Source: Patescibacteria group bacterium (GTDB lineage: Bacteria > Patescibacteriota > Minisyncoccia > Phycocordibacterales > Phycocordibacteraceae). From it: 64,000 nt of DNA. Every line of letters starts with the position of its first letter. Within the stretch, counting starts at the first letter, position 1. The position numbers and the translations under genes were made by a program. Of the stretch, positions 37,946 through 47,056 are shown piece after piece. The notes under the pieces are model-generated. The model did not search any database. It worked only from the letters and a program-made list of their open reading frames with translations, and was not told where the DNA came from. The stretch is taken from positions 36,963-100,962 of the forward strand of contig JAHJYC010000003.1 in assembly GCA_018826905.1 (NCBI GenBank). The letters are read 5' to 3'.

Positions 37946-38013
37946 GTGCTAGCACCTGCAAGAATTGCTTTTTTCTTCTGCTATTATGACGGACATACTC
38001 CTATGATGTCTTC

Positions 38014-39120
38014 ATGAATCCATTCCAAGCACAGTTCCCGTTGAGCCCTAGGAAGTTCTGGAAAAAATTTCTTCCGGTCATAATTCCCAGCATTCTTTTC
38101 AGTGCGTTTGTGGGCGTATTTTTCGCATTCTTTTTGCCATTCTTTCATGGAAATCTAGAGCTCTCTGCTGAAAGCATGATTAGGACGAGTATACTTCTTA
38201 CCGTCGGGCTCTCTATTTTAGTGTTGGCCCTCTATGCTTGGTACTTTAAGGTGTACATTCGCACTTATTCGTATGAAGGAGGAGATAACTTCATTCGAAT
38301 AAAGAAGGGCGTATTCGCACCACGTGAAATCCATGTGCAGTACCAAAAGATTCAGGACGTCTATGTGGATCAGGATATTCTAGATCGTATTTTGGGTATT
38401 TATGACGTACATATCTCAAGTGCGACTATGTCTTCAGGAATGGAAGCGCACATTGATGGTGTGAATAAAGATGTAGCGGACGGACTACGGGAGTTCTTTC
38501 TCAATAAGGTCCAACGTGCAACCGTGGGCTATGTAGACCCTGCAGCGCCAGCTATGGCGGAGCAGAATCAGGCCGCTGCCCCAGTTCAGCTCTCTGAAGA
38601 GATATCAAGCGCGGCGTATCCAATCCGTCCTATGTGGATGGTGGTAAGCGTGCTCGGTACAATATTTATGAGTTTGATCATAGGTCTCTTTACGGCAGGC
38701 TACGCAGTAGCGAAGACGTCGGATGATGGCGATGGCCTTCCGTTCCTCGGCACATTTCTCGTTTTTACCGCAGGATACTTCGTGTTCCACTTCATCGGGA
38801 TACTTCTTTGGAAGAGTAACTATAGTTTCCAGCTTACTCCTGACTATGTGCTCTACCGCACCGGTATACTTAGTAAGTCAGAGCGCCATCTTCCATACCG
38901 CACAATCCAGGACGTAAGTATCTCCCAGTCGTTCTTTGATCGCATATTTGGTCTCTATAATGTCGTAATTGAGAACGCAGCGCAGGTCGCCATGACTAAA
39001 GGCCGCCTTTCTAATGCGAACATAAAGCTTGTTGGTCTTGCTAAGGATCAAGCGACCCACATAACTGAGACACTGAAACCGATCATACTCTCTAAGACGA
39101 GTATCCAGACCGGCATATAA
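38014..39120 (+). CDS. membrane protein with two bacterial PH (YdbS/YdbT-like, DUF304) repeats
   Basis: Two repeats each with TM hairpin + DRILGIYDVHISSATMSSG / DRIFGLYNVVIENAAQ motifs. Confidence 0.55.
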   Translation: MNPFQAQFPLSPRKFWKKFLPVIIPSILFSAFVGVFFAFFLPFFHGNLELSAESMIRTSILLTVGLSILVLALYAWYFKVYIRTYSYEGGDNFIRIKKGVFAPREIHVQYQKIQDVYVDQDILDRILGIYDVHISSATMSSGMEAHIDGVNKDVADGLREFFLNKVQRATVGYVDPAAPAMAEQNQAAAPVQLSEEISSAAYPIRPMWMVVSVLGTIFMSLIIGLFTAGYAVAKTSDDGDGLPFLGTFLVFTAGYFVFHFIGILLWKSNYSFQLTPDYVLYRTGILSKSERHLPYRTIQDVSISQSFFDRIFGLYNVVIENAAQVAMTKGRLSNANIKLVGLAKDQATHITETLKPIILSKTSIQTGI

Positions 39121-39129
39121 TTAGACTGT

Positions 39130-39507
39130 ATGCAGGACTCCCTCAATTCTCTCTGGAACACCGTGGGTGAATGGGGCACATCATCTGAAGGGTTTGCAAT
39201 CATAATTGGCTGTACTGTTCTTCTCGTTGCGTATGCGCATTTTAAGAACGCACGTACATGGAAGGCCCAGAACTCCGGAGTGCGCGCGCGCTTCTCAAAG
39301 AGAAACGCCTTCAAGTTACTCATGTCAGGAATAGTCTTATTTGTATCAAGTATTGGGGGGTTGCTGTTCGTCCAACGTCTACATTCAGTTCTCAACTCAA
39401 ATACTCCAGTTCCGCTATCCGGACATGTGTTGCTTTTAGGAGGGCTCGGCTTTGTCGGTTTAATGTTGGTCGGTTTCAGCCTCTGGCTTTTGGCGCGATC
39501 TGAATAG
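39130..39507 (+). CDS. small 3-TM membrane protein (hypothetical)
   Basis: 125 aa with hydrophobic helices. Confidence 0.4.
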   Translation: MQDSLNSLWNTVGEWGTSSEGFAIIIGCTVLLVAYAHFKNARTWKAQNSGVRARFSKRNAFKLLMSGIVLFVSSIGGLLFVQRLHSVLNSNTPVPLSGHVLLLGGLGFVGLMLVGFSLWLLARSE

Positions 39508-39570
39508 TGCCTGCCCAAAGGGTAGTTTTATTATTTCTTTAGAGGTTAGTTCAGTCGTATACTTACTTGT

Positions 39571-40251
39571 ATGAAAACGATTTTTATCTCCGGGGGGAAC
39601 CAAGGTCTCGGAAGAGCTCTGGCAGAGAAATTCGCAGGAGAGCACAATGTAGTTATTCTTGCGCGTAACGAAGACAAGGGCAGACAAGCAGCTGAAGAGG
39701 TGGGGTGTGACTTAGTCGTTGCTGATGTTTCAGATTACACTCAAATTCAGGCTGCAGTTGATTCTGTTATTCAGAAATACGGCGCAATAGACTGCTTGAT
39801 AAACAATGCTGGTCTCTGGATACAAGGGGCTCTGGAAGACAATGACCCAGAACAGGTAAGCGCTGCTATGAATGTGAATGCAACAGCGACCATTCTTTTG
39901 ACCCGTGCGTGTCTGCCGTACATGAAAAAGGCGCAGAAGGGAAGAATAATTAACGTAATTTCTCAATCAGGGTTTTATGGAAAAGGGGAGCGAAGTGTGT
40001 ACACCGCTTCAAAATGGGCGATTGCTGGCTTTACTAAGTCTCTTCAAATGGAACTAACGGGTACCGCAGTCACGGTTTGTGGGTTTTATCCAGGCTCTAT
40101 GAAGACGGAGTTTTTTGCTAACGCTGGAGTGGAGAAGGACAGTTCCAAGTTCATGGAGTTATCGGAAGTTGTCCGGGCAGTTGAGTTTATAGTAGATACA
40201 CCAGACCATCTTTCTATCCCTGAATTAGGAATCAAGCCCGCCTATTACTAA
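39571..40251 (+). CDS. SDR-family oxidoreductase
   Basis: TGGNQGLG Rossmann motif, NNAG, YTASKWA (YxxxK). Confidence 0.8.
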   Translation: MKTIFISGGNQGLGRALAEKFAGEHNVVILARNEDKGRQAAEEVGCDLVVADVSDYTQIQAAVDSVIQKYGAIDCLINNAGLWIQGALEDNDPEQVSAAMNVNATATILLTRACLPYMKKAQKGRIINVISQSGFYGKGERSVYTASKWAIAGFTKSLQMELTGTAVTVCGFYPGSMKTEFFANAGVEKDSSKFMELSEVVRAVEFIVDTPDHLSIPELGIKPAYY

Positions 40252-40374
40252 GTTGCATTCCCCGGCCATACCCTGTATAGTCCCTAAGTCGCAAGAACAA
40301 CCCTCGGGTTGGTCCAATGGACGGGAAGCCCGAAAGGGCCTAACGCGCTATTGGTAGCGCGCTTTATTTTTTCT

Positions 40375-40989
40375 ATGAAATTCATCCTTGCCCGAAAAGG
40401 CCGCATGACTCAAGTCTTTAACGAGGCTGGAGAAGTATTTGCAGGTACGAAAGTAACTGCAGGTCCTGTTGTGGTTACGCAGGTAAAGGATGAAAAAGGC
40501 GCAGACGGATATTCAGCAGTGCAGGTAGCTTTTGGAGAGCAGAAGGTTCAGCGCCTTGGAAAGTCCATTCTCGGACACACTAAGGGTGTTGGATACAAGG
40601 TTCTTAAGGAGTTCCGTACAGATGCTGGAGACCTTACGGTTGGAAGCCAGATAACTGCAGACACCTTCGCAGAGGGTGATATCGTGGTGGTAACTTCAAC
40701 CTCTAAGGGACACGGGTTTGCTGGTGTGGTGAAGCGCCATGGATTCCATGGAGGACGACGCTCACACGGACAGAAGCACTCAGAGCGCGAGCCGGGCTCC
40801 ATTGGTGGAGGAGGTCGTGCTGGAGGCCGTGTTATCAAGGGAATGCGCATGGGTGGACGCATGGGAAATGATCGCGTCACTGTTAAGAACCTTAAGGTTC
40901 TTAAGGTAGATGCAGCTACTGGAGAAATGATTATCTCTGGAGCACTTCCTGGCGCCCCTGGCGCACTCGTTGAGATCCGCTCAATGTAA
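40375..40989 (+). CDS. rplC: 50S ribosomal protein L3
   Basis: MKFILARKGRMTQVFNEAGE...; start moved to the internal ATG. Confidence 0.9.
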   Translation: MKFILARKGRMTQVFNEAGEVFAGTKVTAGPVVVTQVKDEKGADGYSAVQVAFGEQKVQRLGKSILGHTKGVGYKVLKEFRTDAGDLTVGSQITADTFAEGDIVVVTSTSKGHGFAGVVKRHGFHGGRRSHGQKHSEREPGSIGGGGRAGGRVIKGMRMGGRMGNDRVTVKNLKVLKVDAATGEMIISGALPGAPGALVEIRSM

Positions 40990-40999
40990 TTTACGTACT

Positions 41000-41740
41000 A
41001 TGGCTACTCCTACAAAGAAAACCGTCGCCAAGAAGGCACCAGCAAAGAAGACTGCTTCTGCAGTATCTATGGAGGCGACTATTTGGAACACAAAGGGAAC
41101 AAAGGCAGGTTCAGTTACTCTTCCTGAGGAATTGTTCGGTCTTTCTTGGAACTCAGATTTGGTACATCAGGTAGTTGTTGGTATGCAGGCAAACGCTCGC
41201 GCAATAACTGCACACACTAAGTTCCGTGGAGAAGTATCAGGAGGAGGAAAGAAACCATGGAAGCAGAAGGGAACAGGACGTGCTCGTCATGGGTCTAACC
41301 GCTCTCCAATATGGCGTGGCGGAGGTGTGACACATGGTCCACGCGCTGAGAAGGATTACTCTGTAAAGATTAATCGCAAAATGCGTGCAGCAGCACTTGC
41401 AACTGTGCTCTCTCGCAAGCACCGTGATGGCCAGGTTATCTTCGTTGATTCCTTTGGACTCACTACTCCTTCAACAAAGGATGCAAAGGCAATGCTCGTT
41501 GCTATTGCAAACGGATCTGGAGTAACTGAGCTTGCAACTAAGCGCAAGAATGCAGCGGTCGTCGCATTCGCTAAGAAGGATAGTGCAAGCGAGAAGTCCT
41601 TCCGTAACATTGGCAGCCTTACCCTAGAGGAGGTTCGCAATCTAAATCCGGTGGATTTGGTAAACAAGAAGTATCTTGTTATTGAGAACCCAACTGATGC
41701 ACTTCCTGTGCTTTCAGCGCGCCTCAACAAGAAGGGCTAA
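41000..41740 (+). CDS. rplD: 50S ribosomal protein L4 with N-terminal K/A-rich extension
   Basis: ...GGGKKPWKQKGTGRARHGS... L4 core. Confidence 0.9.
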   Translation: MATPTKKTVAKKAPAKKTASAVSMEATIWNTKGTKAGSVTLPEELFGLSWNSDLVHQVVVGMQANARAITAHTKFRGEVSGGGKKPWKQKGTGRARHGSNRSPIWRGGGVTHGPRAEKDYSVKINRKMRAAALATVLSRKHRDGQVIFVDSFGLTTPSTKDAKAMLVAIANGSGVTELATKRKNAAVVAFAKKDSASEKSFRNIGSLTLEEVRNLNPVDLVNKKYLVIENPTDALPVLSARLNKKG

Positions 41741-41750
41741 TACAGTATTT

Positions 41751-42128
41751 ATGGCACTCTTTTCATCTGACAAAAAGGAAACAAAGGCAAAAAAGACGAA
41801 GTCTGGAACTCGTCTCTGGGGTCGCGGCATGCTCGCCGTTGACGACTCTCGTCTTGCAAACGTACTCAAGCGCCCCTGGTTCTCTGAGAAGGCCCTTATT
41901 GGTACTGAGTCAGGCGTGTACGTCTTTGAAGTTCCTCAGGCTGCAACAAAGGAGGATGTTGCACAGGCCATTATTAAATTCTATGGCGTTACACCAATGA
42001 AGGTGCGCATGGTGAACCTTCCAGCAAAAAAGGTGTCACTTCGCACACGCAGGGGAGTCGGTACCCGCGCACGTCGCCACAAGGCATACGTCTATCTTAA
42101 GAAGGGTGAGAGCATCACCTTCGCATAA
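41751..42128 (+). CDS. rplW: 50S ribosomal protein L23
   Basis: ...VLKRPWFSEKA...YVFEV... L23 core. Confidence 0.85.
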   Translation: MALFSSDKKETKAKKTKSGTRLWGRGMLAVDDSRLANVLKRPWFSEKALIGTESGVYVFEVPQAATKEDVAQAIIKFYGVTPMKVRMVNLPAKKVSLRTRRGVGTRARRHKAYVYLKKGESITFA

Positions 42129-42139
42129 CTTAGAGTCCT

Positions 42140-42982
42140 ATGAAGTCTTTTAAACCAACATCAGCAAGTCGCCGAAGCATGACCGTTGTCACGTACCGTG
42201 GCGTGCTTTCAGGTGACAAGCCACACAAGCCACTTCTTTCGTACAAGAAGCGTCAGGGAGGTCGCAACAATGCAGGACGCATTACAACTCGTCATCAGGG
42301 AGGCGGACATAAGCGCATGCTTCGCGATGTTGACTTTAAGTACAACAAGCACGACATTCCTGCTCGTATTGAGACTATTGAGTACGATCCATATCGCACC
42401 GCATTCATTGCACGTACCGTCTTTGCTGATGGAGAGCGTCGCTATGTAACGGTCCCTAAGGACATGAAGGTGGGCGACACATTCATCGTATCTGAGAAAG
42501 CACCTATCAAGACTGGAAACCGTCTTCCGCTTGGAAAGATTCCTTCAGGAACATTTATCTACAACGTAGAGCTTCGTCCAGGAGCTGGTGCGCGCATCGC
42601 TCGCTCTGCTGGAAACTACGCTGAGATTGTTGCGCATGATGCTGGCTACGCACAGATCAAGATGCCTTCAAGTGAGGTACGTAAGGTTATTGAGTCTGCA
42701 TGGGCTTCAGTTGGAGCAGTAGGCAACGAAGAGCAGCGTCTTCAGAATTACGGAAAGGCAGGAAAGAGTCGCTGGAAAGGTATTCGCCCAACAGTGCGTG
42801 GTACTGCGATGAACCCAGTTGATCACCCACACGGAGGTGGTGAAGGAAAGCAGGGACGTGGACTTCGTCGTGCCAAGAGCATGTGGGGCAAGCCAACAGG
42901 TAAGGGACAGAAGACCCGTACTCCAAAGAAGTACTCAAACAAGTTTATTGTTTCTCGCCGAAAGGTTGGAAAGAAGCGATAA
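42140..42982 (+). CDS. rplB: 50S ribosomal protein L2
   Basis: 280 aa; ...GRNNAGRITTRHQGGGHKR..., ...HPHGGGEGK... Confidence 0.95.
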   Translation: MKSFKPTSASRRSMTVVTYRGVLSGDKPHKPLLSYKKRQGGRNNAGRITTRHQGGGHKRMLRDVDFKYNKHDIPARIETIEYDPYRTAFIARTVFADGERRYVTVPKDMKVGDTFIVSEKAPIKTGNRLPLGKIPSGTFIYNVELRPGAGARIARSAGNYAEIVAHDAGYAQIKMPSSEVRKVIESAWASVGAVGNEEQRLQNYGKAGKSRWKGIRPTVRGTAMNPVDHPHGGGEGKQGRGLRRAKSMWGKPTGKGQKTRTPKKYSNKFIVSRRKVGKKR

Positions 42983-42992
42983 GACACAAAGA

Positions 42993-43025
42993 AAAGCCCC
43001 GCCAGAGTGCGGGGCTTTTCTTTTA
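42993..43025 (+). terminator. rho-independent terminator after rplB
   Basis: aaagccccgccagagtgcggggcttttctttt. Confidence 0.7.
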
Positions 43026-43073
43026 TGTATAGAGAGAGTAGGGTGATGCAGAAGACACGCCAGGAGGTAAGTG

Positions 43074-43307
43074 ATGCACATTTTTCGTTCGCTCCGCCTG
43101 AGAAAGTGGCGAGAACAACAACGGTTGAGGCGAGAGCTCAGGAAGACAGTAAGCTATCTGAAACATCTCGCCTCTATGTATGAGGAAACTAAAGGAAACG
43201 ACGATCAATCAAAGATCCTCCTTTGGGTAATTAAGGCCTGGTACGCACGAAAATGGGAATTGATGAGAAAGATCAAGCCCCCTTTGCGTTCCAGGTACAA
43301 GACTTAA
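43074..43307 (+). CDS. hypothetical small basic protein (77 aa) with perfect SD
   Basis: caggaggtaagtgATG; R/K-rich (pI high); followed by hairpin gccagctatagtacgctggttcttttt. Confidence 0.35.
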   Translation: MHIFRSLRLRKWREQQRLRRELRKTVSYLKHLASMYEETKGNDDQSKILLWVIKAWYARKWELMRKIKPPLRSRYKT

Positions 43308-43332
43308 GCCAGCTATAGTACGCTGGTTCTTT

Positions 43333-44172
43333 TTATGGAACGTACTTCTCGTTCAGAACTTCTGAAAGCTGTGCGAGCGGAATAGATACACTTTGTGGCC
43401 CAAGCGCATAGGGACCAACTTGGTAGGGAGGGAACAGGAAGACTAGAGTGTTTCCTTCAACAACAAAGGTCTGAAAGTTAGCGGTCTCTGGGGCTGTGCC
43501 TTGCTGCATGTAGGAGACATCTGCATCTTCTCCAAGTTTCTTTTGAAGCTCAAAGCGTGCAATCTCAGAGATGCGCTTTAGATAGTCTGTGCGGGGCTTG
43601 AATAAAGAGGCGAGTGAAAGCTCTGCGCCAGTTTCTGCATCAAAAACGAAGGTCCTATAGAAAGAGTTCGGGTGTGCACCAAACGTGTCTGTATAGAGCG
43701 TATAGGCGTATGAGACGGTATGTGGAGCGAGTACTTCGTTGTATTCAATAGCGAGCGCCTGCTTCCTCCCGTCCTCGTATCCCATCATTTGAATATCCTC
43801 TTTTGTGAGGCTTGCGAAGTTACCTTCACGCTTGAACTGTTGAATGGTGTCTTCAACAAAGCTCTTCATAGTGTCTATAGCCTCTACGTCTGCAGTGGTT
43901 CCTGCAGAGACTGAGAGGGGTGTCTCAGACGGGTACGCAGCCTCAATATCGTAATACTGCGCATGTTCACGAATAGTCTGTGGTTCTGTAGGAGGAACAG
44001 GTACCGTCTCTTCTACGAGAGGACTATAAGGCTCTGGTGCCTGATGGGTGGCCATGTACCAAAGAGAAAGTCCAAGGACTACCGCTATGAGAGCACCAGC
44101 ACCGAGAAGTTCCAGCTTCTGAACACGAGTGAGAGAGTGAATGTTCCACATATAGGAAGAAGTATAGCCCAT
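43333..44172 (-). CDS. membrane-anchored DUF3298/DUF4163 (RsiV/PdaC-like) domain protein
   Basis: N-terminal TM; ...YAYTLYTDTFGAHPNSFYRTFVFD... characteristic of DUF3298. Confidence 0.55.
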   Translation of the reverse strand: MGYTSSYMWNIHSLTRVQKLELLGAGALIAVVLGLSLWYMATHQAPEPYSPLVEETVPVPPTEPQTIREHAQYYDIEAAYPSETPLSVSAGTTADVEAIDTMKSFVEDTIQQFKREGNFASLTKEDIQMMGYEDGRKQALAIEYNEVLAPHTVSYAYTLYTDTFGAHPNSFYRTFVFDAETGAELSLASLFKPRTDYLKRISEIARFELQKKLGEDADVSYMQQGTAPETANFQTFVVEGNTLVFLFPPYQVGPYALGPQSVSIPLAQLSEVLNEKYVP

Positions 44173-44181
44173 AAATGAAAA

Positions 44182-44207
44182 GGGCCGGATGCGTGTGCGT
44201 CCGGCCC
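44182..44207 (-). terminator. terminator hairpin immediately upstream of (abutting) the DUF3298 gene start, terminating the small acidic peptide gene
   Basis: gggccggatgcgtgtgcgtccggccc with U-run on the minus transcript. Confidence 0.55.
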
Positions 44208-44225
44208 CTGGAAAGATCTGGTGCT

Positions 44226-44372
44226 TTACCAGAAGATACTGTCAGGATCGTAGCCGGGGTCAGAGTTCCAACTCATCATTGAATCAATGGCCCCATCATC
44301 AATCTCGGGGTCTTCCCCAAGATCCTGACTGTCAGAATCGGTGGCTGGAAAGCCACCCAGCGTAGTTGTCAT
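44226..44372 (-). CDS. high-GC small acidic peptide (48 aa)
   Basis: Not in the ORF track (<60 aa); found by translating the minus strand: gagggaggaatagcATG then MTTTLGGFPATDSDSQDLGEDPEIDDGAIDSMMSWNSDPGYDPDSIFW*. Confidence 0.4.
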   Translation of the reverse strand: MTTTLGGFPATDSDSQDLGEDPEIDDGAIDSMMSWNSDPGYDPDSIFW

Positions 44373-44413
44373 GCTATTCCTCCCTCTCAACTACTTTTTC
44401 ACCCTATCATGAA

Positions 44414-44440
44414 AAAAGCTATGCGCGAGCATAGCTTGTG
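44414..44440 (-). terminator. terminator between the two small acidic peptide genes
   Basis: agctatgcgcgagcatagct perfect hairpin + U-run on the minus transcript. Confidence 0.55.
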
Positions 44441-44449
44441 TTGGCTATT

Positions 44450-44620
44450 CTAGCCAAAAGAGCCCACCAGCCGGCGCACCATAGCATCAGCGTCCTGAAA
44501 GAGGCCTCCATAGATGGCGAGCGCGCCTTCACCGAATTCTTCAGTGATTTCAGCGATTGCAGACGTTACATCTGCGTGCGGGACGGGCTCCTCGGCCTGT
44601 CCACGGGTATCTGTAGTCAT
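44450..44620 (-). CDS. high-GC small acidic protein (56 aa)
   Basis: gagggaggaagtATG SD; MTTDTRGQAEEPVPHADVTSAIAEITEEFGEGALAIYGGLFQDADAMVRRLVGSFG. Confidence 0.45.
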   Translation of the reverse strand: MTTDTRGQAEEPVPHADVTSAIAEITEEFGEGALAIYGGLFQDADAMVRRLVGSFG

Positions 44621-44737
44621 ACTTCCTCCCTCGTTGAGCACCAAAGTACCCTATCATGGAGCCCGGTAGTTTGACACTTCTCTCTGTTTCATATAGATTC
44701 TATCTATCCCGCCTGGCGGGCTTTCCATTGTCTATCT

Positions 44738-45085
44738 ATGTCCCGATCCCTTAAAAAAGGCCCATACATTGACCTGAACCTTATGAAGAAAGTTCAGGAC
44801 AAGAAGCCGTCTGCGACCGGTACTATTAAGACATGGGCACGCAACAGCCAGATTGCTCCTGAGTTCGTTGGATTCACTTTTGGAGTCCATAACGGCAAGC
44901 AACACGTAGACGTACTCGTTTCTGAGGAAATGGTCGGACACCGTCTCGGCGAGTTCTCTCCAACGAAGAAATTCCTTCGTCACGGAGGAAAGATGCAGAA
45001 GCAGCTTGAGGAGAAGCGAAAGGTTGCTGAAATTGCAGCAGCAAAGGCCGCTAAAGCAGCCCCATCACCTGCTAAGAAGAAATAA
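44738..45085 (+). CDS. rpsS: 30S ribosomal protein S19 with K/A-rich C-terminal extension
   Basis: [12 protein letters not shown]... S19 core. Confidence 0.9.
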   Translation: MSRSLKKGPYIDLNLMKKVQDKKPSATGTIKTWARNSQIAPEFVGFTFGVHNGKQHVDVLVSEEMVGHRLGEFSPTKKFLRHGGKMQKQLEEKRKVAEIAAAKAAKAAPSPAKKK

Positions 45086-45087
45086 TC

Positions 45088-45483
45088 ATGGCATCTACTG
45101 GAACACACAAGCAGCCTGCGCAACTGCGTAAGGACGAAGACAAGAAGGCTATTCGTGCTTCTCTTGCTACGTACAACCAGTCACCTCGCAAGGTGCGATT
45201 GGTAACTGATCTCGTAAAGGGTAAGAAGGTAACAGAGGCAGTAAAGGCACTTGCGTTCCTTCCTAAGCGCGCAGCTCTTCCAGTACAGAAGCTTATTGAA
45301 TCTGCTGCAGCTACTGCTAAGAGTCGTGGAGAGGACATTGACACACTTCGTATTGCTGACGTTCGTGTTGACAGTGCTGGTATGTTCACTCGCTTCATGC
45401 CTCGCGCTATGGGACGTGCAGCTCCAATCCGCAAGCGTCGTAGCCGTATCACTCTTCGTCTGACTTCAGATACCACTAAATAA
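45088..45483 (+). CDS. rplV: 50S ribosomal protein L22
   Basis: L22 family, 131 aa. Confidence 0.9.
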   Translation: MASTGTHKQPAQLRKDEDKKAIRASLATYNQSPRKVRLVTDLVKGKKVTEAVKALAFLPKRAALPVQKLIESAAATAKSRGEDIDTLRIADVRVDSAGMFTRFMPRAMGRAAPIRKRRSRITLRLTSDTTK

Positions 45484-45485
45484 CC

Positions 45486-46181
45486 ATGACACACACCGTC
45501 CATCCGTACGCACACCGCCTAGGCATCATCCGTGATTGGAAGAGCCGCTGGTTCGCTACAGACAAGCAATCATTCCGCGAGAATATCGCTGTAGATGCTG
45601 CTATCCGTGGCTACTTCAAAAAGCGTGGACGCGGGATGTACATTGCTGATCTTGAGATTGAGCGCACTGCCGCTGAGATCCGCATTCTTTTGCATACTGC
45701 TCGTCCTGGTGTGGTTATTGGTCGCAGCGGAGACAATGCTACAAAGCTCCGCAACGAACTCACTCGTTTGGTGAATTCAAAGGCAACTGGCACAAAGCGT
45801 GCAGTGAAGCTAGATATCATTGAAGTGCGTCAGCCAGAGACCTCTGCTGCTGTTGTTGGCCTTATGGTTGCTGAAGGTCTTGAGAAGCGAATGCCATTCC
45901 GACGTGTGCTTAAGCAGACTGTTGAGAAGGTTATGGCAGTACGCGAGGTAGTGGGAGTACGTATCGTAGTATCTGGTCGTCTTGGAGGAGCTGATATGTC
46001 GCGCACTGAGCAGATCAAGCGTGGGCGTATTCCACTTCAGACCTTCCGTGCAAACATTGACTACGCACACCAAGAGGCACTTCTTCCATACGGAGTGATT
46101 GGTATTAAGGTATGGATCTACCTAGGAGAGACATTTACCGATCAGGCTGCTAGCGGCCGCATCGGAGCCCCTAAACACTAG
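45486..46181 (+). CDS. rpsC: 30S ribosomal protein S3
   Basis: KH + S3_C domains, 231 aa. Confidence 0.9.
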   Translation: MTHTVHPYAHRLGIIRDWKSRWFATDKQSFRENIAVDAAIRGYFKKRGRGMYIADLEIERTAAEIRILLHTARPGVVIGRSGDNATKLRNELTRLVNSKATGTKRAVKLDIIEVRQPETSAAVVGLMVAEGLEKRMPFRRVLKQTVEKVMAVREVVGVRIVVSGRLGGADMSRTEQIKRGRIPLQTFRANIDYAHQEALLPYGVIGIKVWIYLGETFTDQAASGRIGAPKH

Positions 46182-46185
46182 ACCT

Positions 46186-46605
46186 ATGTTGTTTCCTAAG
46201 AAAGTAAAGCACCGCAAGTGGCAGACTGCTCGCAAGAGTCCTGAGAAACTCGCACGCCCTGATACTCGTGGTATTACCGTTGCGTTTGGTTCCTATGGTC
46301 TTCGTGCAACAACGCCATCTCGCATCACTTCAAACCAGATTGAGGCCGCACGTAAAGTGCTTACTCGCGTTACTGGAAAGGGTGGTAAGCTTTGGATTCG
46401 CATCTTCCCTGATCGTCCGATCACTAATAAGCCAGCTGAGGTGGGCATGGGTAAGGGAAAGGGAGACCCGAAGCACTTTGTGTTTGAGGTACGTCCAGGC
46501 CGCATTCTTTTTGAACTTGATGGTGTTGATGATGCTAAGGCGCGCGACGCACTTCGTCGTGCTGGGGCAAAGCTTCCTCTTAAGACAACCGTAATTACCC
46601 GATAA
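46186..46605 (+). CDS. rplP: 50S ribosomal protein L16
   Basis: L16 family, 139 aa. Confidence 0.9.
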   Translation: MLFPKKVKHRKWQTARKSPEKLARPDTRGITVAFGSYGLRATTPSRITSNQIEAARKVLTRVTGKGGKLWIRIFPDRPITNKPAEVGMGKGKGDPKHFVFEVRPGRILFELDGVDDAKARDALRRAGAKLPLKTTVITR

Positions 46606-46606
46606 C

Positions 46607-46801
46607 ATGGCAAAGAAACTTTCATTCAAGGACATGAAGCCAGAGGAGATTCAGAAGCTCCTCGTTGAGAAGCGTGCAGAGCTCCGTACACTCCGTTTCG
46701 CAGCTGCTGGCGCCCGTCCAAAGGACGCTTCTGCTCCCGCTAAGGTCCGCAAGGACATCGCTCGTCTTCTTACTGAAGAGACTGCGCAGAAGAACGCATA
46801 A
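46607..46801 (+). CDS. rpmC: 50S ribosomal protein L29
   Basis: 64 aa L29. Confidence 0.85.
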   Translation: MAKKLSFKDMKPEEIQKLLVEKRAELRTLRFAAAGARPKDASAPAKVRKDIARLLTEETAQKNA

Positions 46802-46806
46802 CTACT

Positions 46807-47049
46807 ATGGAACACACACCCGCAAAACCACAGTCATTCAAAGGAACCGTTGTTAAGACGGCGATGAAGGATACTGCTACCGTTGCCGTTTCTCGCTACG
46901 TGAAGCACCCTAAGTACAAGAAGTATCAGACTCGCACGAAGAAGTTTCTTGTTCATGACGAAGGAAACACTGTTTCTGTTGGAGACGAGGTAACAATTGT
47001 TGCATGCGCACCAATTTCAAAGTTGAAGTCATTCAAGATCGCTAAGTAA
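46807..47049 (+). CDS. rpsQ: 30S ribosomal protein S17
   Basis: 80 aa S17. Confidence 0.9.
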   Translation: MEHTPAKPQSFKGTVVKTAMKDTATVAVSRYVKHPKYKKYQTRTKKFLVHDEGNTVSVGDEVTIVACAPISKLKSFKIAK

Positions 47050-47056
47050 CTAATTT

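Noticed and set aside
45072-45515. 147-aa minus-strand ORF
   Set aside because: It is antisense to rplV and rpsC.
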